From Gammaproteobacteria bacterium (GTDB lineage Bacteria > Pseudomonadota > Gammaproteobacteria > SZUA-229), in contig JAPHSS010000005.1 of the NCBI GenBank assembly GCA_026195255.1, positions 32,008-96,007 on the forward strand: a stretch of 64,000 bases of DNA, in the 5' to 3' direction. How positions within the stretch are numbered: the first letter of the stretch is position 1; every line of letters begins with the position of its first letter. Under the pieces are notes generated by a model. The model was not told the DNA's origin. It did not search any database and saw only the letters and a list, made by a program, of their open reading frames with translations. Made by a program: the position numbers and the translations under genes. Below are positions 63,934 to 64,000 of this stretch, in pieces.

Positions 63934-64000
63934 GCATAAACAACTTCTCGTGGTGATTCCAGTTAATCAAGTTCAAAAGCAAAAGCACTTTCCGCTAATG

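Overview
The window reads as chromosomal DNA from an AT-rich gammaproteobacterium, probably a marine Alteromonadales-like organism. This is an inference from recognisable core genes (rlmG, selO/ydiU, ygiQ, trxC, hrpB, an rhlE-like helicase, serB, a CspA-family gene) and AT-rich third codon positions. About 60 coding regions are supportable. Both strands are densely coded, with long AT-rich intergenic regions. No rRNA, tRNA, CRISPR array, transposase or integrase could be recognised. Signalling genes dominate: two hybrid histidine kinases, a response regulator / LysM-FecR / CHASE2-kinase module, and several c-di-GMP-related genes (HDOD, a YfiR-like protein, two PilZ proteins, an EAL protein, a GGDEF protein). 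Envelope functions are also well represented: a 5'-truncated RND pump, a TonB-dependent receptor, MscS, OmpA carrying thrombospondin-3 repeats, a DUF481 outer-membrane protein, and a voltage-gated-type ion channel. The most unusual locus is at 58.7-63.9 kb. It holds a 9-heme c-type cytochrome and a TlpA-like thiol-disulfide oxidoreductase. Divergent from these is a 1114-aa lipoprotein cytochrome with about 36 CXXCH motifs plus one CX4CH, built from near-identical tandem ~47-aa double-heme repeats. This looks like a multihaem electron-conduit system. Secondary points: a stand-alone DUF4157 (HEXXH) protein with an unknown neighbour; identical 19-bp palindromes flanking a small charged ORF upstream of ompA; a channel whose pore motif (FEDWTD) suggests Ca2+ selectivity; and several structured or palindromic non-coding elements.
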